Source: an uncultured virus (IMG/VR IMGVR_UViG_2937164673_000001)
Lineage: Duplodnaviria; Heunggongvirae; Uroviricota; Caudoviricetes
Reading direction: 5' to 3' (one strand)
DNA length: 64,000 nt
IMG/VR virus record: IMGVR_UViG_2937164673_000001
A program made the position numbers and the translations under genes. Shown here piece after piece: positions 39,741-50,902 of the stretch. The stretch's first letter is position 1; every line of letters starts with the position of its first letter. The notes below the pieces were generated by a model. It made no database searches, was not told the DNA's origin, and saw only the letters and a list, made by a program, of their open reading frames with translations.

Positions 39741-41001
39741 TTGGATTAGTATCGTTACAAAAGAATATAGCTATGTTAATAAAAAAGGTGAACATATTAG
39801 TGTTACTCACCAACATTTAAATATAGCTAGTGAAATTAAAGAAGAATTACAAAAAACGTCCCCATCGCGACGTTGCTCATGGCCTAAGCACAAGAAGATG
39901 ATGGAACAAGAAGGGTTCTATGATAGTGATACTAACGAAAACTATCGTGGACTTATTAAACGTTTTCAAAAAGATTCTGGCCGTTTGAAAGATGCAACTA
40001 CTCATGCGGACTTGATTGCTGATAATAAGTTGCAAAGTATTCAGAATGCAATTGGTCAATTGAATAGTAAGAAGTTGGAAACACAAGAACAGGGTCGGGC
40101 AATTCGGCGATTAGTTCGTCAAACTAATAAAGACCTGTTGTTCATTAATGAAATTAAGTCGGCGTTAGAAAAGACCGATTTTGTTTTAGCAGAAAATCCA
40201 GTAATTCTTCCTGACGCTGGGCAGGATACAAATAGCTCAATGATTGTTTGTTTATCCGACATTCATTATGGTGCATATGTTGATATGCCAGAAAACTATT
40301 ATGATACACAAGTGGTTGAAGGTTTATTAATTAAATATGCTGATAAAGTCATTAAACTTATCGAAGAAAATAAAGTCTATAGCGTTGATATTGTTAATCT
40401 TGGGGACATTGTAGAACATGCTTACATGCGTAACCAGAACTTATACGACTCGGAAGAAACTTTGTCTGAACAAATCGTTCATGTAACAAAATTAATCATT
40501 GATTTTATTCAACGAATTCGGCAACATGTAGAGCTAATTACTTATCGCGGAATTGCCGGGAACCATGATCGTATGCAAGGTGACAAGAATTCTAACTTAA
40601 ATTCTGATCATGCGGTAAATATTAGCAATCAGATTATTAAGATGTGGATTGAATTATCGGGATCAGACGTAGAATTTATTGATTCAGATAGTTATTTTAC
40701 AGATATTAATGTGCAAGGCTGGAACTTTGCATTTGTACATGGTGATAGAAACAGTTTGAATAAAAAGACTACATTAGCTGAATTAGGAGAACAATATGAT
40801 CGTCATTATGATGCAGTTCTTGGAGGACATTTACATCGTTTCTCAATGTTAGAAGTGGGCGACAATCGTTTCCAAGCAACTTTTGGATCGATCAAAGGAA
40901 TGGACGAATATAGCAAAAAAATAAGTGCTAAATCCAGCCGTTCCCAAGGTGTTGTTTTGGTTAACCAAAACGAATTTGAAATTCGAAAGGTTAAATTATA
41001 A
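39718..41001 (+). CDS. Calcineurin-like metallophosphoesterase
   Basis: SDIH, LGD, GNHD, HGD, GHLH; true start uncertain because of the upstream IS end. Confidence 0.85.
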   Translation: MFVFYIAGWISIVTKEYSYVNKKGEHISVTHQHLNIASEIKEELQKTSPSRRCSWPKHKKMMEQEGFYDSDTNENYRGLIKRFQKDSGRLKDATTHADLIADNKLQSIQNAIGQLNSKKLETQEQGRAIRRLVRQTNKDLLFINEIKSALEKTDFVLAENPVILPDAGQDTNSSMIVCLSDIHYGAYVDMPENYYDTQVVEGLLIKYADKVIKLIEENKVYSVDIVNLGDIVEHAYMRNQNLYDSEETLSEQIVHVTKLIIDFIQRIRQHVELITYRGIAGNHDRMQGDKNSNLNSDHAVNISNQIIKMWIELSGSDVEFIDSDSYFTDINVQGWNFAFVHGDRNSLNKKTTLAELGEQYDRHYDAVLGGHLHRFSMLEVGDNRFQATFGSIKGMDEYSKKISAKSSRSQGVVLVNQNEFEIRKVKL

Positions 41002-41615
41002 TGGCTGTTCAAAAGTGCTATTACTGTGCTAATCCATTGAATGAAGAAGATATGGTAATCAAGCCAATTCCGCTAAAAACTAAGCGAGGGTTTAGGAATT
41101 ATAAGCGTAAATTCCATATTGACTGTTTGCCTAAGTATCTTAAAGAACATAAAAACATCAAGTTCAAGGAGCAAGAAAACAGTGATTGGGATCAAGTTTA
41201 TCGGTATTTCAAGTCAGAAATATTAAATCTTCCTGCTGGCGCCAACTTATCAAAATATTGCGTTGAACGTCTATTAGGATTGAGGGTGGGAAAATTTAGA
41301 CCCTCAAGTACAAATGTGCGTGGAAATAAGCAAGGATACTCGTTCAAAACAATCTATTATACGCTGTTATATTCTTATGACACCATAAAAAAAGCGCAGA
41401 AAACAGTCGATTTTAACAACGAAGAACATGAAGTTAATTACATCATGAAAATCGTGACAGGAAATATTAATTTTATCCAGAGAAGATTAGATGCCTTAGA
41501 TAAAGAGCGGAAAAAAGTAGAGAAAATTAGTAAAGAGGAAGAGAAGAAGATCGAACAGCCTACAGTCGCTTACAAGCGCAAAGGCTCCGGGAGACGGAAG
41601 GTTGATTTTATTTAA
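41001..41615 (+). CDS. Hypothetical protein with zinc-binding motif (possible helicase loader)
   Basis: CYYC...HIDC; upstream of helicase. Confidence 0.55.
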   Translation: MAVQKCYYCANPLNEEDMVIKPIPLKTKRGFRNYKRKFHIDCLPKYLKEHKNIKFKEQENSDWDQVYRYFKSEILNLPAGANLSKYCVERLLGLRVGKFRPSSTNVRGNKQGYSFKTIYYTLLYSYDTIKKAQKTVDFNNEEHEVNYIMKIVTGNINFIQRRLDALDKERKKVEKISKEEEKKIEQPTVAYKRKGSGRRKVDFI

Positions 41616-41905
41616 TGAAAGATAAACACATGTGGGTAGACCAAAAAATCGAAGAGCATAAACATGTATTAATGGCCTCATTTGGTTTTCAAGGTCTATT
41701 GAAATCAAAATTAAAGCTTCCATTGATTCTAAAGATTATAAGAGAAATGCCAGGGAGCGCAATTGAAAATGTAACAATCTTTTTTGATGAATTACGTGAG
41801 CATTATCTTGCTGATTCTCAATTCAAACAGTTTAGATTAAGCGAAGTTGATAGATTTATTTCAGAAGAGAAAAGTTTGGTAGGGTTGAAAGTTATTAATA
41901 ATTAG
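41615..41905 (+). CDS. Hypothetical protein
   Basis: Translationally coupled ORF. Confidence 0.65.
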   Translation: MKDKHMWVDQKIEEHKHVLMASFGFQGLLKSKLKLPLILKIIREMPGSAIENVTIFFDELREHYLADSQFKQFRLSEVDRFISEEKSLVGLKVINN

Positions 41906-41917
41906 GGGGTTCGGCGA

Positions 41918-43402
41918 TTGGTAGAAAAGGTAAAACAAGAAAATACCATTATAAAATCTGACTTTTATAAAGAGCTGAAAACTCAAAGAGGTATCATCGA
42001 GAGTCAATTAATTTTTTCCCTTTACGGTGATACAAATTACTTTTTTGATTACCCTGTAAATCCAAACGATATTTCTAATTCGATGTGGCGTTTCTACTAT
42101 CATATGCTGAAAGAGATGGTCGAGGATCGTGGGCTTAAAACTTTGGATGCAGTATCCGTAGGTGCCTACGTAAATTCTAAAGAAGAGAAAATTCAAAAAG
42201 CATATTCAGAAGCTGGTGGTTACGAAACCATTGAAAAGGGTATTGCCATTGTCGAAAAAGAAAATGTCGATAGTTATTACAATGAATTGCAACGTTATAA
42301 AACGTTAATGAAACTGACTGAGATGGGATTTCCTATTAAGCAGAACTGGGATAAATACCAGGAAATGGACTTGGAAACCCTCAATGAAGTATTAGAAGGG
42401 CTTATAGCAGAGGCATTTGTAGATTCTCAATTTGGAAATGACCGAGTTGAAGAAATGTTTGATGATGTTGATGAAATGCTTAAAGAGGCTGATGAGGGTA
42501 TTGCACAAGGACTACCATTAGGAAGTCCATTAATGGATTCAATTCAAAACGGGTTAGCCCTAGGAAATATTACAATGTTAGCTGCCAATTCGGGGGTAGG
42601 GAAGACGTTTCTCACTACCCTTTTGCATATTCAAAGTTCAATTAATAACGAGGAACCTGTCTTAATTATCGCTAACGAAGAAGAAAAAAGCCGATATGTT
42701 CAAGGATTACTAACAGCTTATATTAACGCTCGCCATAAGGAGGCCATGTTTAACAAGAATAGATTCTTACGAGGTAGTTTTACCGATGAAGAATGGGAAT
42801 ATTTAAACGAGGCCAAAGAATGGTATTTGAGAAAGGTGTCAGAAGGTCTAGTTCGTTTTGTTAATATGAATGAGTTTAGTATGGCAAAGACAATTCGACT
42901 TATTAAGAAGTATGCTCGATTATATGATGTACGGTATTTTATCCTTGATACATTGAAATTGGATAACGATACATATAGTCGGGTTAACGATAGTTCCTGG
43001 CTACAATTACAACAGAATATGGTGAAGCTATATAACGTGATTAAGCCTAGTAATTTGAACGTCCATGTTTGGGTTACTACGCAGATGACCAAAACTAATC
43101 GACGAGCACGTTATTTGGATCAAAGCATGATTGGAATGGCGAAGAATATTACCGACGTAGTATCGTCATTGATTTTAGTACGTATGGCCTCTCAATCAGA
43201 GGTGAGTGGGAAGAATGCTATTAAGGTAGTTAACTCAAAGGGACACTCAGAAATGTTAGACGAAGATAATGATTACATGATTGTTTTCTGGGATAAAAAC
43301 CGACAAGGTCAGACTAATCGACAGGTTGTTCTGGAGGTTGATCGTGGACTTAATCTTATTCGTGATGTTGGAAAAACACAAATTAATAATGATTTAGAAT
43401 AA
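41918..43402 (+). CDS. DnaB-like replicative helicase
   Basis: ANSGVGKT, FILDTLK, TTQ, KNRQG. Confidence 0.88.
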   Translation: MVEKVKQENTIIKSDFYKELKTQRGIIESQLIFSLYGDTNYFFDYPVNPNDISNSMWRFYYHMLKEMVEDRGLKTLDAVSVGAYVNSKEEKIQKAYSEAGGYETIEKGIAIVEKENVDSYYNELQRYKTLMKLTEMGFPIKQNWDKYQEMDLETLNEVLEGLIAEAFVDSQFGNDRVEEMFDDVDEMLKEADEGIAQGLPLGSPLMDSIQNGLALGNITMLAANSGVGKTFLTTLLHIQSSINNEEPVLIIANEEEKSRYVQGLLTAYINARHKEAMFNKNRFLRGSFTDEEWEYLNEAKEWYLRKVSEGLVRFVNMNEFSMAKTIRLIKKYARLYDVRYFILDTLKLDNDTYSRVNDSSWLQLQQNMVKLYNVIKPSNLNVHVWVTTQMTKTNRRARYLDQSMIGMAKNITDVVSSLILVRMASQSEVSGKNAIKVVNSKGHSEMLDEDNDYMIVFWDKNRQGQTNRQVVLEVDRGLNLIRDVGKTQINNDLE

Positions 43403-43534
43403 TTTATTTTTCTAGTGTCATGGACTTGGGTTATATGATATTATGTATATTGTTAAACACAACAAAAATATTTTATATTTATTTTAGTAAAAAATAAAAG
43501 TAAATAGTATTTTAGTTTAGAAAGGCTGGAAGGC

Positions 43535-44062
43535 ATGAAGCAAACATACTCAGACGAATTTTACAATCATTTGTACCGTTTGGAATCATATAACAAGATT
43601 GGCGAGAGCTGGTCACGAAAAGCTGACAAAAATAACCCGGATTTAATTTGGATACGCAATTATATTAAAGAAAATAATTTATTTGACGAATATAGTCATG
43701 ATCGGCTAGAAAGAATGCTTAACAATTGCATTAGTCGTGGACTGGTTACGATTAAAGAAATTGCCGATGATTTAGAATTATCGGTACGTAAGATGCACAA
43801 TCTATTAGTTAAGTATGACCTGCTAAGAAAACAACGTCTTGCGTACTATGCGAAAGTCGGTTATGTGATTACTGATAAGAATAATGATAATCCGGTATTC
43901 GTTAAGAGTATTTCTCATGGCTTAAGAGTTGCACCTGAACTAAGTAGACGGTCATTCGTTAATCTTGAAGGTCATAGAGTGATGCGAAACGGTCGTCATT
44001 TATATAAGACTGATGTCTGGAAGAAACAACACCCTGAATTCAATCTTGAGGAGGTAGCGTAA
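43535..44062 (+). CDS. Hypothetical HTH protein
   Basis: TIKEIADDLELSVRKM. Confidence 0.6.
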   Translation: MKQTYSDEFYNHLYRLESYNKIGESWSRKADKNNPDLIWIRNYIKENNLFDEYSHDRLERMLNNCISRGLVTIKEIADDLELSVRKMHNLLVKYDLLRKQRLAYYAKVGYVITDKNNDNPVFVKSISHGLRVAPELSRRSFVNLEGHRVMRNGRHLYKTDVWKKQHPEFNLEEVA

Positions 44063-44065
44063 TCT

Positions 44066-44371
44066 ATGGAAGTGTCCAAGAAACCATTTACTTTTACGTT
44101 AAAAAACGACTTCAACATGACTGGTTTTTTACTAAAAGCAAAACCCGATGAAGCATTTAGAACTAAGACTGAATTATCAAAAGAACTAGTCCGTACCAAC
44201 ACAACTTCTAATGTGAAGTTAAAAGATAATATTAATTTAGCGCAAGAAGATGTGGAGAAGCTTATTGAGGCTGGTCGTAAAACCCTAATTTATTATGAAG
44301 CAAATAGTAAATTAGATGCATATAATTATCCCGACGAATTCGAATTGCTGAACTTGGTGGTGAAATATTAA
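44066..44371 (+). CDS. Hypothetical protein
   Basis: GAGGAGG RBS. Confidence 0.65.
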   Translation: MEVSKKPFTFTLKNDFNMTGFLLKAKPDEAFRTKTELSKELVRTNTTSNVKLKDNINLAQEDVEKLIEAGRKTLIYYEANSKLDAYNYPDEFELLNLVVKY

Positions 44372-46635
44372 TGGCCGAAGTAGAAATTGTAGGTTCAATT
44401 CAACGTATAAGGTTTGCTGCTAATGATTCGCTATTCAAAATTGCTACGATGAGGGTATCAGAGGTGCGAGAAGGGAATATTGTTAAAAATTCTTTTGGTG
44501 ATGTAGTGTTCAAGGGTGAGATGTCACTCATTCCTCAGAACGAATATATTATTCGCGGTGAATTTATTAACGATGAAAAATATGGCCCGCAATATCAATA
44601 CATTAGTAGCAAGCGTCGAGATCCAATTGAAGGTATGTCTCGAGAAGATTTCCGGCAATTTCTTACCGATATTTCTCCGAAAGGGGCACTTGTCAATGCC
44701 CAGTTTGATGATCCTCGGCCTATTTTCCAAGAGCATAGGGTAAAAGAATTGATGGCAATCAAGGGTATTGGACCTGTTAGTGCTGACAAGCTGATTAACG
44801 CCTATGAAGAACAAAAAGATTATAGCGAGGCGTACGTTGCTTTTGGTAAGTGGGGCTTTAATCCTAACATGACACGGAAATTAGTACGCCACGTTCACTC
44901 AGTGGAAGGTGCTATCGAACTGCTTAATAAAGACCCTTATGAGTTTATGGATGTTCCAGGAGTAGGTTTTAAGACTATAGATGAAAAGGCGCTTAATTTT
45001 GGTATTCCATCTAATGATCCGCGTCGTGTCCATGCTTTCGTAAAGGATTACTTTGATAAGTTGGCTATGGATGGAAGTTCATGGACTAAAGAAATAGATT
45101 TGATGAAATATCTTCGCCAAGAAGTGTTTGATTGTGACGTTGAAGAGACACTTCAATGGATTAACGACAGCGACGAATTTGTTACTTATGAAGTTGATTG
45201 TGTAAGGCGAGTGGCTACTAAGCATTTGTATAACACTGAAAAATCTATTGCAAAGAATCTGTTGAGATTACTTCGCTCTGAAAATGAATTTGAGTATAAA
45301 AAGCGCGATGAAATTATCGATAGAATCCAAGAAGAACAAGGTTGGAAATATTCAGATGAACAAACCGAAGCCATTAATATGATGCTTGATAAAAATGTAT
45401 CAATGCTACAGGGATTAGCTGGTACTGGTAAATCTACCACCTTGAATGCTGTGATTAAAGTATTACAGGATAACGACTACCAGGTTGCTACCTGTGCATT
45501 GTCTGGGAAGGCAGCTGATAATCTTACCCAATTAACAGGTAAAAGAGGACAGACTATTCACCGTTTACTTGGTATCGGTGATCCATTTGGCGGCTTTGAA
45601 CACGAAGAAAACCCATTACCAGTCGATGTAGTTATTTTAGATGAGGTGTCAATGGTTAATGATAGCTTATTTGAGACGCTGGTTAATGCTCTGGGTGATG
45701 GTACTAAATTTATTATGGTCGGTGATATAGCTCAATTAGATTCTATTGGTGTTGGGGTTATGAGAGATATCATTTCTTCTAAAATTGTTCCTACTGTTTC
45801 TTTGACTAAGATCCACCGACAAGCACAGGACTCAGCAATTATCACTCATTCATTACAATATCGAATGGGGAAGATGCCGAAAGTAAGCTCTAAGGATAGC
45901 TGGACGATGCTAGGCAATAAGAACGATCTAGGCTATGTGTTTGAAGATTCGGCAGAAGAAGAGAAGCTAAGCACAGATGCTTATAGAATTTTTGCTCAGG
46001 CGTTAAAGAAGTATGATGTTAGCGATATTCAAATACTCACTCAGACAGTTAGTGGTTGTGCTCGTATTAATGACTTAGCACAAACAATTGCTAACCCGAA
46101 AAGTCCTACTAAGAACCAATATAAGGTCAAAGCTAACAGTGCTGATGCTTATATTCTACGTGAAGGCGATAAAGTTCTTAACACGTCAAATAACTATCGA
46201 GCAACAGCGGCAGAGAATCATCAGATGTATCGCCCTATTTTCAACGGGAACACAGGAATTATTGAAAGTATAGACCTTGAATTTAATAGCAAAGGTGGCG
46301 TTAGCCATGTTGAGGCCGTTATTGATTTCGACGGGGTCGGTAAAGTATTTCTTAGAGATAAGGAGCTTGAGACTATCCAATTAGGGTACGCGATGACAGT
46401 TCATAAGTCCCAAGGGTCTACTATTCCATGTGTGATTGTGGTATTGCCATTCCATTACATGCTAAATAATCGGGAGTTACTTTATACGGCTTTGACCAGA
46501 GCTAGTGATAAGTGCTTCTTGCTAACTACGCAAAAGTCACTAAAAACAACAGTCAAGAAGACAAGTGAAACTGTGCATCATAGTAATTTAAAAATGCTAT
46601 TAGAGGAGGAATTCAAGAATGCAGAAAATGTATAA
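44371..46635 (+). CDS. recD2: RecD2-like SF1 helicase
   Basis: HhH GIGP; GLAGTGKS, DEVSM, VGDIAQL, HRQA, TVHKSQGS, YTALTRA. Confidence 0.93.
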   Translation: MAEVEIVGSIQRIRFAANDSLFKIATMRVSEVREGNIVKNSFGDVVFKGEMSLIPQNEYIIRGEFINDEKYGPQYQYISSKRRDPIEGMSREDFRQFLTDISPKGALVNAQFDDPRPIFQEHRVKELMAIKGIGPVSADKLINAYEEQKDYSEAYVAFGKWGFNPNMTRKLVRHVHSVEGAIELLNKDPYEFMDVPGVGFKTIDEKALNFGIPSNDPRRVHAFVKDYFDKLAMDGSSWTKEIDLMKYLRQEVFDCDVEETLQWINDSDEFVTYEVDCVRRVATKHLYNTEKSIAKNLLRLLRSENEFEYKKRDEIIDRIQEEQGWKYSDEQTEAINMMLDKNVSMLQGLAGTGKSTTLNAVIKVLQDNDYQVATCALSGKAADNLTQLTGKRGQTIHRLLGIGDPFGGFEHEENPLPVDVVILDEVSMVNDSLFETLVNALGDGTKFIMVGDIAQLDSIGVGVMRDIISSKIVPTVSLTKIHRQAQDSAIITHSLQYRMGKMPKVSSKDSWTMLGNKNDLGYVFEDSAEEEKLSTDAYRIFAQALKKYDVSDIQILTQTVSGCARINDLAQTIANPKSPTKNQYKVKANSADAYILREGDKVLNTSNNYRATAAENHQMYRPIFNGNTGIIESIDLEFNSKGGVSHVEAVIDFDGVGKVFLRDKELETIQLGYAMTVHKSQGSTIPCVIVVLPFHYMLNNRELLYTALTRASDKCFLLTTQKSLKTTVKKTSETVHHSNLKMLLEEEFKNAENV

Positions 46636-47569
46636 CGGTGAAATGATGCGTGTTCTACGTTCATTTACATTTAATGGCGAACAATATGTAGATTTGCGTA
46701 ATCAAGCTGGAGAAGATTTTGAAAGTGTTCCGGCTAGTGAATTAGGTAAAAATAAGCCTGCTCAGAAGAAGCAGACTAAGAAGGTACATAAAATTATCTT
46801 TACTAAGGGTGAGGATAAGAATGTGTTTGAATTAGATTCTCCAGAATACAACAAATTTATTTCTGATAATAAGTTAAACGAAGCAATGATTCAGAATTGT
46901 ATTAAAGGAGTAATTAAGACACATAAAGGGTACACAATTACCGAAGAGAAGTAGGTGAATTTGTGTATTTTTACTATAAGGGTATTCAAATTATTCCAGT
47001 AAAACAATGGGAAGTAACAGGTGATCAGGGACTAATTCAGTTTGTCGATGCAATTAACGTTAAAACTAAACGAAAAATGACAGGATTACCTGCAAAGAGA
47101 ATTGTTGTAAGCAAAATTCATGTATTACCAAACAAGGAGGAAGTAAATGAAGGGTAAATTATTAGTTGGATTATTGGTTGGTGGAGCTGTGATTGGCATG
47201 TCATCTACGGCTTCTGCGTCAACACCAAGCGGAACGTATGTTAAGGAACAACACCGAGTTTCGTATAATACGGCTAAGAAACAGTCGGGTAAGACATATA
47301 AGTTAGCGTTTTTTGAAAATCGTGCAAGTTCCGATACGGGTTCGGTATATTACACGCTTGGGTATTATCAAGGCGGCAAGCTTAAAATGATTAATTTGGA
47401 CGACAGTGACTTTGGAGGTTTTATTGAGGTTATTGATCCAAATTTGAAAACGCCGTTTGTGCAAATCAAGAAACATGATCATGCCAACACTTACTACATT
47501 CATCGTCCACCGTACAGTCAATATAACCAACCCACAGTCAAGGGTAGTGTTGCTGCTAAGGAAGATTAG
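46619..47569 (+). other. Three hypothetical CDS (46619-46954, 46963-47157, exported 47147-47569)
   Basis: RBSs and overlaps; signal peptide on the last. Confidence 0.65.
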
Positions 47570-47572
47570 GTC

Positions 47573-48262
47573 GTGATTGACATGAAATGTAAAAGCTTAA
47601 TGATGTATGGAGTCATGGGAGTAATGTTAATGACTGCCACACCAGTTCATGCAATAGCTCATTCATCTGGTGGACATGCTTCGACGGGAACCCATGCTTC
47701 AACAAGTCATACAACAGCTAGTAGAGGGGTAACATCAACTAGTCGTCCTTCTAGTTCTGCAACGGCAACAAGATCTGTAACAACTGGTGCCAAGCCAACG
47801 TCTATGCCAACAAAAAGCACTAGTACAACTGTTGGGAAAAATACGGCTACACAATCAATTACAGCCAAACCATTGCCAACTAATGAGGCGACAAGAACAG
47901 CTTTAAATAGTACATATAAGTCGCCAACATATCATAGCCTAATAGATCCCATACAAAGAAATAGTTATAGCTATTGGCATGGCTACTATGGGATTAATTC
48001 GCTAAATGCTACTTCTGCCTATTCACGGATGGGGAATAGTTACTTCTGGTTGCCATACTGGATGATGTATAGCAACCAGACCCAAAAGGAGACACAAGTT
48101 GTTAAAGAGACAGCTCAGAAACGTCATCTGAAATGGATAAGAATTGGTGATGATGTTGTATATGTACCCGAAAGTATAGCTCGCAAAGTGAAGGTTGGCG
48201 ATAGAGTTAGCCTTTTGGATGATACACATATTCAAATTAATAATAAAATTTATAAGAGATAG
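47573..48262 (+). CDS. Exported Ser/Thr-rich protein
   Basis: Signal peptide ending VHA; S/T-rich region. Confidence 0.7.
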   Translation: MIDMKCKSLMMYGVMGVMLMTATPVHAIAHSSGGHASTGTHASTSHTTASRGVTSTSRPSSSATATRSVTTGAKPTSMPTKSTSTTVGKNTATQSITAKPLPTNEATRTALNSTYKSPTYHSLIDPIQRNSYSYWHGYYGINSLNATSAYSRMGNSYFWLPYWMMYSNQTQKETQVVKETAQKRHLKWIRIGDDVVYVPESIARKVKVGDRVSLLDDTHIQINNKIYKR

Positions 48263-48338
48263 AAGGGCAAATGTGCCTGGATAAGCAACCCATATAAAGG
48301 GTAAAAGCTACTATATAAGAAAGAAGGAATATAGAAAG

Positions 48339-49142
48339 ATGTTTACACAATACAAGGATGTTTTAACTCATTTACCAGAATACTCAAAGAATATTTTCCG
48401 TAGAGGATATTTCAAATGGCTGTTTGGACAAATGAAAAATTGGAGCAAGTTCTCGTGGGGACTTGTGGCGTTCAACTTTGTTTTGCAAATTTTCTTGGCA
48501 ATCCAAGGGCTCGCAACGACACCATTATCACATACCATCATAGGTTTCCTTTCAGCTAATTTAAGTGTTCTTTGCGTGGTAGGAATTAGTAATAAATCTG
48601 CGATCCAAGGATGGTTTGGGGCTACGTCAGCAATCTGTATCGCTATTAACGCATACTTGGCTCACAACTATGCAGACATGACATTGCAATTATTCTATCT
48701 GGTATTTCTTGATGCCTTTTGCATTCTATCTCCATCGTGGAATGATAATATTAAGGTACACAGCATTGGCGGTATTAAAGGTTGGCTGAAATATATCGGC
48801 TTCTTCTTTGTCGCTTGGGGAATTATTTACTATGTATATGGGTTGCTAAATGATCCACGTTTGTTCTTGGATTCATTAACTTTAGCAGTAAGTTTAACAG
48901 GTGCTTTGCTTGAATTTAATCTAGCAAAAGAACAATTTGTATTCTGGATTTTAGGATCAGTAATTACCTTGGCGTTATGGGGACAAACAGCCATGCAAGG
49001 TGACGCCAACTGGGCGCTATTTGCTAGTTATAGTGTATTCTTGTTGAATGATATGTACGCATTATTTGGTAAGAACGGTTGGTTCCGTAAACAAGAAATT
49101 GTAACTGGTTTCGGTGACGAAGAGCGTAAATTAGCCAATTAA
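48339..49142 (+). CDS. pnuC: PnuC-family nucleoside/nicotinamide riboside transporter
   Basis: Multi-TM; DPRLFLDS and EQFVFW motifs. Confidence 0.85.
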   Translation: MFTQYKDVLTHLPEYSKNIFRRGYFKWLFGQMKNWSKFSWGLVAFNFVLQIFLAIQGLATTPLSHTIIGFLSANLSVLCVVGISNKSAIQGWFGATSAICIAINAYLAHNYADMTLQLFYLVFLDAFCILSPSWNDNIKVHSIGGIKGWLKYIGFFFVAWGIIYYVYGLLNDPRLFLDSLTLAVSLTGALLEFNLAKEQFVFWILGSVITLALWGQTAMQGDANWALFASYSVFLLNDMYALFGKNGWFRKQEIVTGFGDEERKLAN

Positions 49143-49493
49143 TACAATAATACAGAAAAACCGCCTAGTCCCGAAAAACTAGACGGTAGATAAAAACACT
49201 AACTCATGCTATAATATAACCGTATCAAAGAATTATATTACTTCAATAGTTGGGTTGATAAGTTAGCTGGCAAGTGTTCCTAGTCTGGTGTATTGCCGTA
49301 CACCACCAACCAAACACTCGACAAAAAGGCTTGCGACTTAATCACACCCTTTAAACGGTTTTGGTGTATTGGGTCTCGACCAATGCACTTTTTAATTATA
49401 ACAGATAAAATGGCTATTCTAACAAAAGAGTTAGGATGGTCATTTTTGTTTAAGGAGCGATAATATGACAAGATATATTAAGTGGGTGAACTA

Positions 49494-49757
49494 ATGATTA
49501 AGGTAAAAATTTATACAAAAGAAAATTGCCCGGCTTGCATGATGACTAAGAAGTTGTTTAATAAGCTGGGCGTAGATTATAAAGAGGTAACAGTTCTTCA
49601 AGATAGTCCAATGTTAGAAGTTTTACGTGAACAGGGGTGGCACAGTTTTCCCGTAGTAGAATGGCTAGACGAAGAAGGCGTAGGAGACGCTTGGTCAGGA
49701 TTTAACCCAGATAATATTAAGGAGGTAGCTAGTTATTATGGACAAAGCATTGATTAA
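49494..49757 (+). CDS. nrdH: NrdH-like glutaredoxin
   Basis: YTKENCPAC, FPVV, WSGFNPD. Confidence 0.9.
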   Translation: MIKVKIYTKENCPACMMTKKLFNKLGVDYKEVTVLQDSPMLEVLREQGWHSFPVVEWLDEEGVGDAWSGFNPDNIKEVASYYGQSID

Positions 49758-49980
49758 ATTGTTTGAAAAAGAAATGTTTAACAAAGAGAATAGTGAAGAT
49801 GGGTTTCGTAACTTCGTTCTTGATTACTATAAAAAACATTCAAAGGATACGTTTGAATATCCTAAAGATCGTTACGAACTTTTAACAAAGGGTGATCCTA
49901 AAGCGCAATGGACTATGGAAGATATTGTTGTATATTACTTATCTAATAGCGATCAAAAAGGTAAAGTAACTTTTATTTGA
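49738..49980 (+). CDS. Hypothetical protein
   Basis: AAGGAGG RBS. Confidence 0.65.
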   Translation: MDKALIKLFEKEMFNKENSEDGFRNFVLDYYKKHSKDTFEYPKDRYELLTKGDPKAQWTMEDIVVYYLSNSDQKGKVTFI

Positions 49981-50021
49981 ACACAACAAAAATATTTTAT
50001 ATTAAATTGTAGGTAAATCAA

Positions 50022-50050
50022 TTGACAAATATTTTTGTTTGGGGTATTAT
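50022..50050 (+). promoter_or_regulatory. Sigma-A promoter of the RNA island
   Basis: TTGACA-17-TATTAT. Confidence 0.7.
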
Positions 50051-50145
50051 AGATATCGTTGATGAGGAGCAACGCAGTTGCGACCCATTAATAAATCACA
50101 CAGATCAAATGATCACTTCAACATTTCAGGAGTAATCCTGATTAT

Positions 50146-50218
50146 GGACCTATAGTTTAACTGGATAGAACAGTAGTCTTCTAAACTACCAACCTTGGTT
50201 CGAGTCCAAGTGGGTCTA
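50146..50218 (+). tRNA. tRNA-Arg(TCT)
   Basis: Cloverleaf; anticodon loop CTTCTAA; GGTTCGAGTCC T arm. Confidence 0.9.
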
Positions 50219-50220
50219 TC

Positions 50221-50358
50221 GCGAAGAGTGGAAAGACAATAGTGCATTTTGGAAGTACACACTCCCTATATCTTTTAAGTTGATAATACAAATACACCTT
50301 TCTAATTTTTAATCATCCATGTTTGTCTTTTACAGAGGTTCGACTCCTCTGCTTCGCA
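50221..50358 (+). ncRNA. tRNA-like element (acceptor plus T arm, long insert)
   Basis: GCGAAG/CTTCGC stem; AGAGG-TTCGACT-CCTCT. Confidence 0.55.
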
Positions 50359-50585
50359 TAGGGCAGAAATGCCCGAAATTATTAAACATTTATGTGCTGT
50401 GTTTGATAATCGAAAATTGTTATTTTTTTATCACCTTCTTTTTGTTAACACACTGCGGTTCGATTCCGTTTTGTGTTATTCCCAGCTAAGTGGTTGGGCT
50501 GGGGAACTCCTTTCATGGTTAAGCACCTCCGAAATATGAAAGATTGGTTAGTCAGATAAGATATGTGTGATCTTATCTTGACAAG

Positions 50586-50656
50586 TTTCGGTATAGCTCA
50601 ATGGTAGAGCAACATTATGTAGTGTAGATATGTGGTTCGATTCCCATTACCGAAAT
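50586..50656 (+). tRNA. tRNA-like RNA with collapsed anticodon loop
   Basis: Acceptor, D arm TAGCTCAATGGTAGAGC and T loop present; anticodon loop about 4 nt. Confidence 0.65.
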
Positions 50657-50807
50657 TCCTAGAAATAGGTTGTTCCAAATGACGGAAAACGTTTGGAATG
50701 TAAAATCACCTAACGTATGTTCAATAGGTTATATTTTCCATATACCTTTACCTTTACATTTTTCAATTCGATCATTGTTATGTATTTGTTGAAATGCATA
50801 ACAGGAT

Positions 50808-50890
50808 GCCTAGGTAGCGAAGTGGTTAAACGCTGCGGACTGTAAATCCGCCACCTTTTGGTTTCGGGGGTTCGAATCCCTCCCTGGGCA
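50808..50890 (+). tRNA. tRNA-Tyr(GTA)
   Basis: Anticodon loop CTGTAAA; long variable arm. Confidence 0.92.
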
Positions 50891-50902
50891 TTAAGAACTA
50901 AT

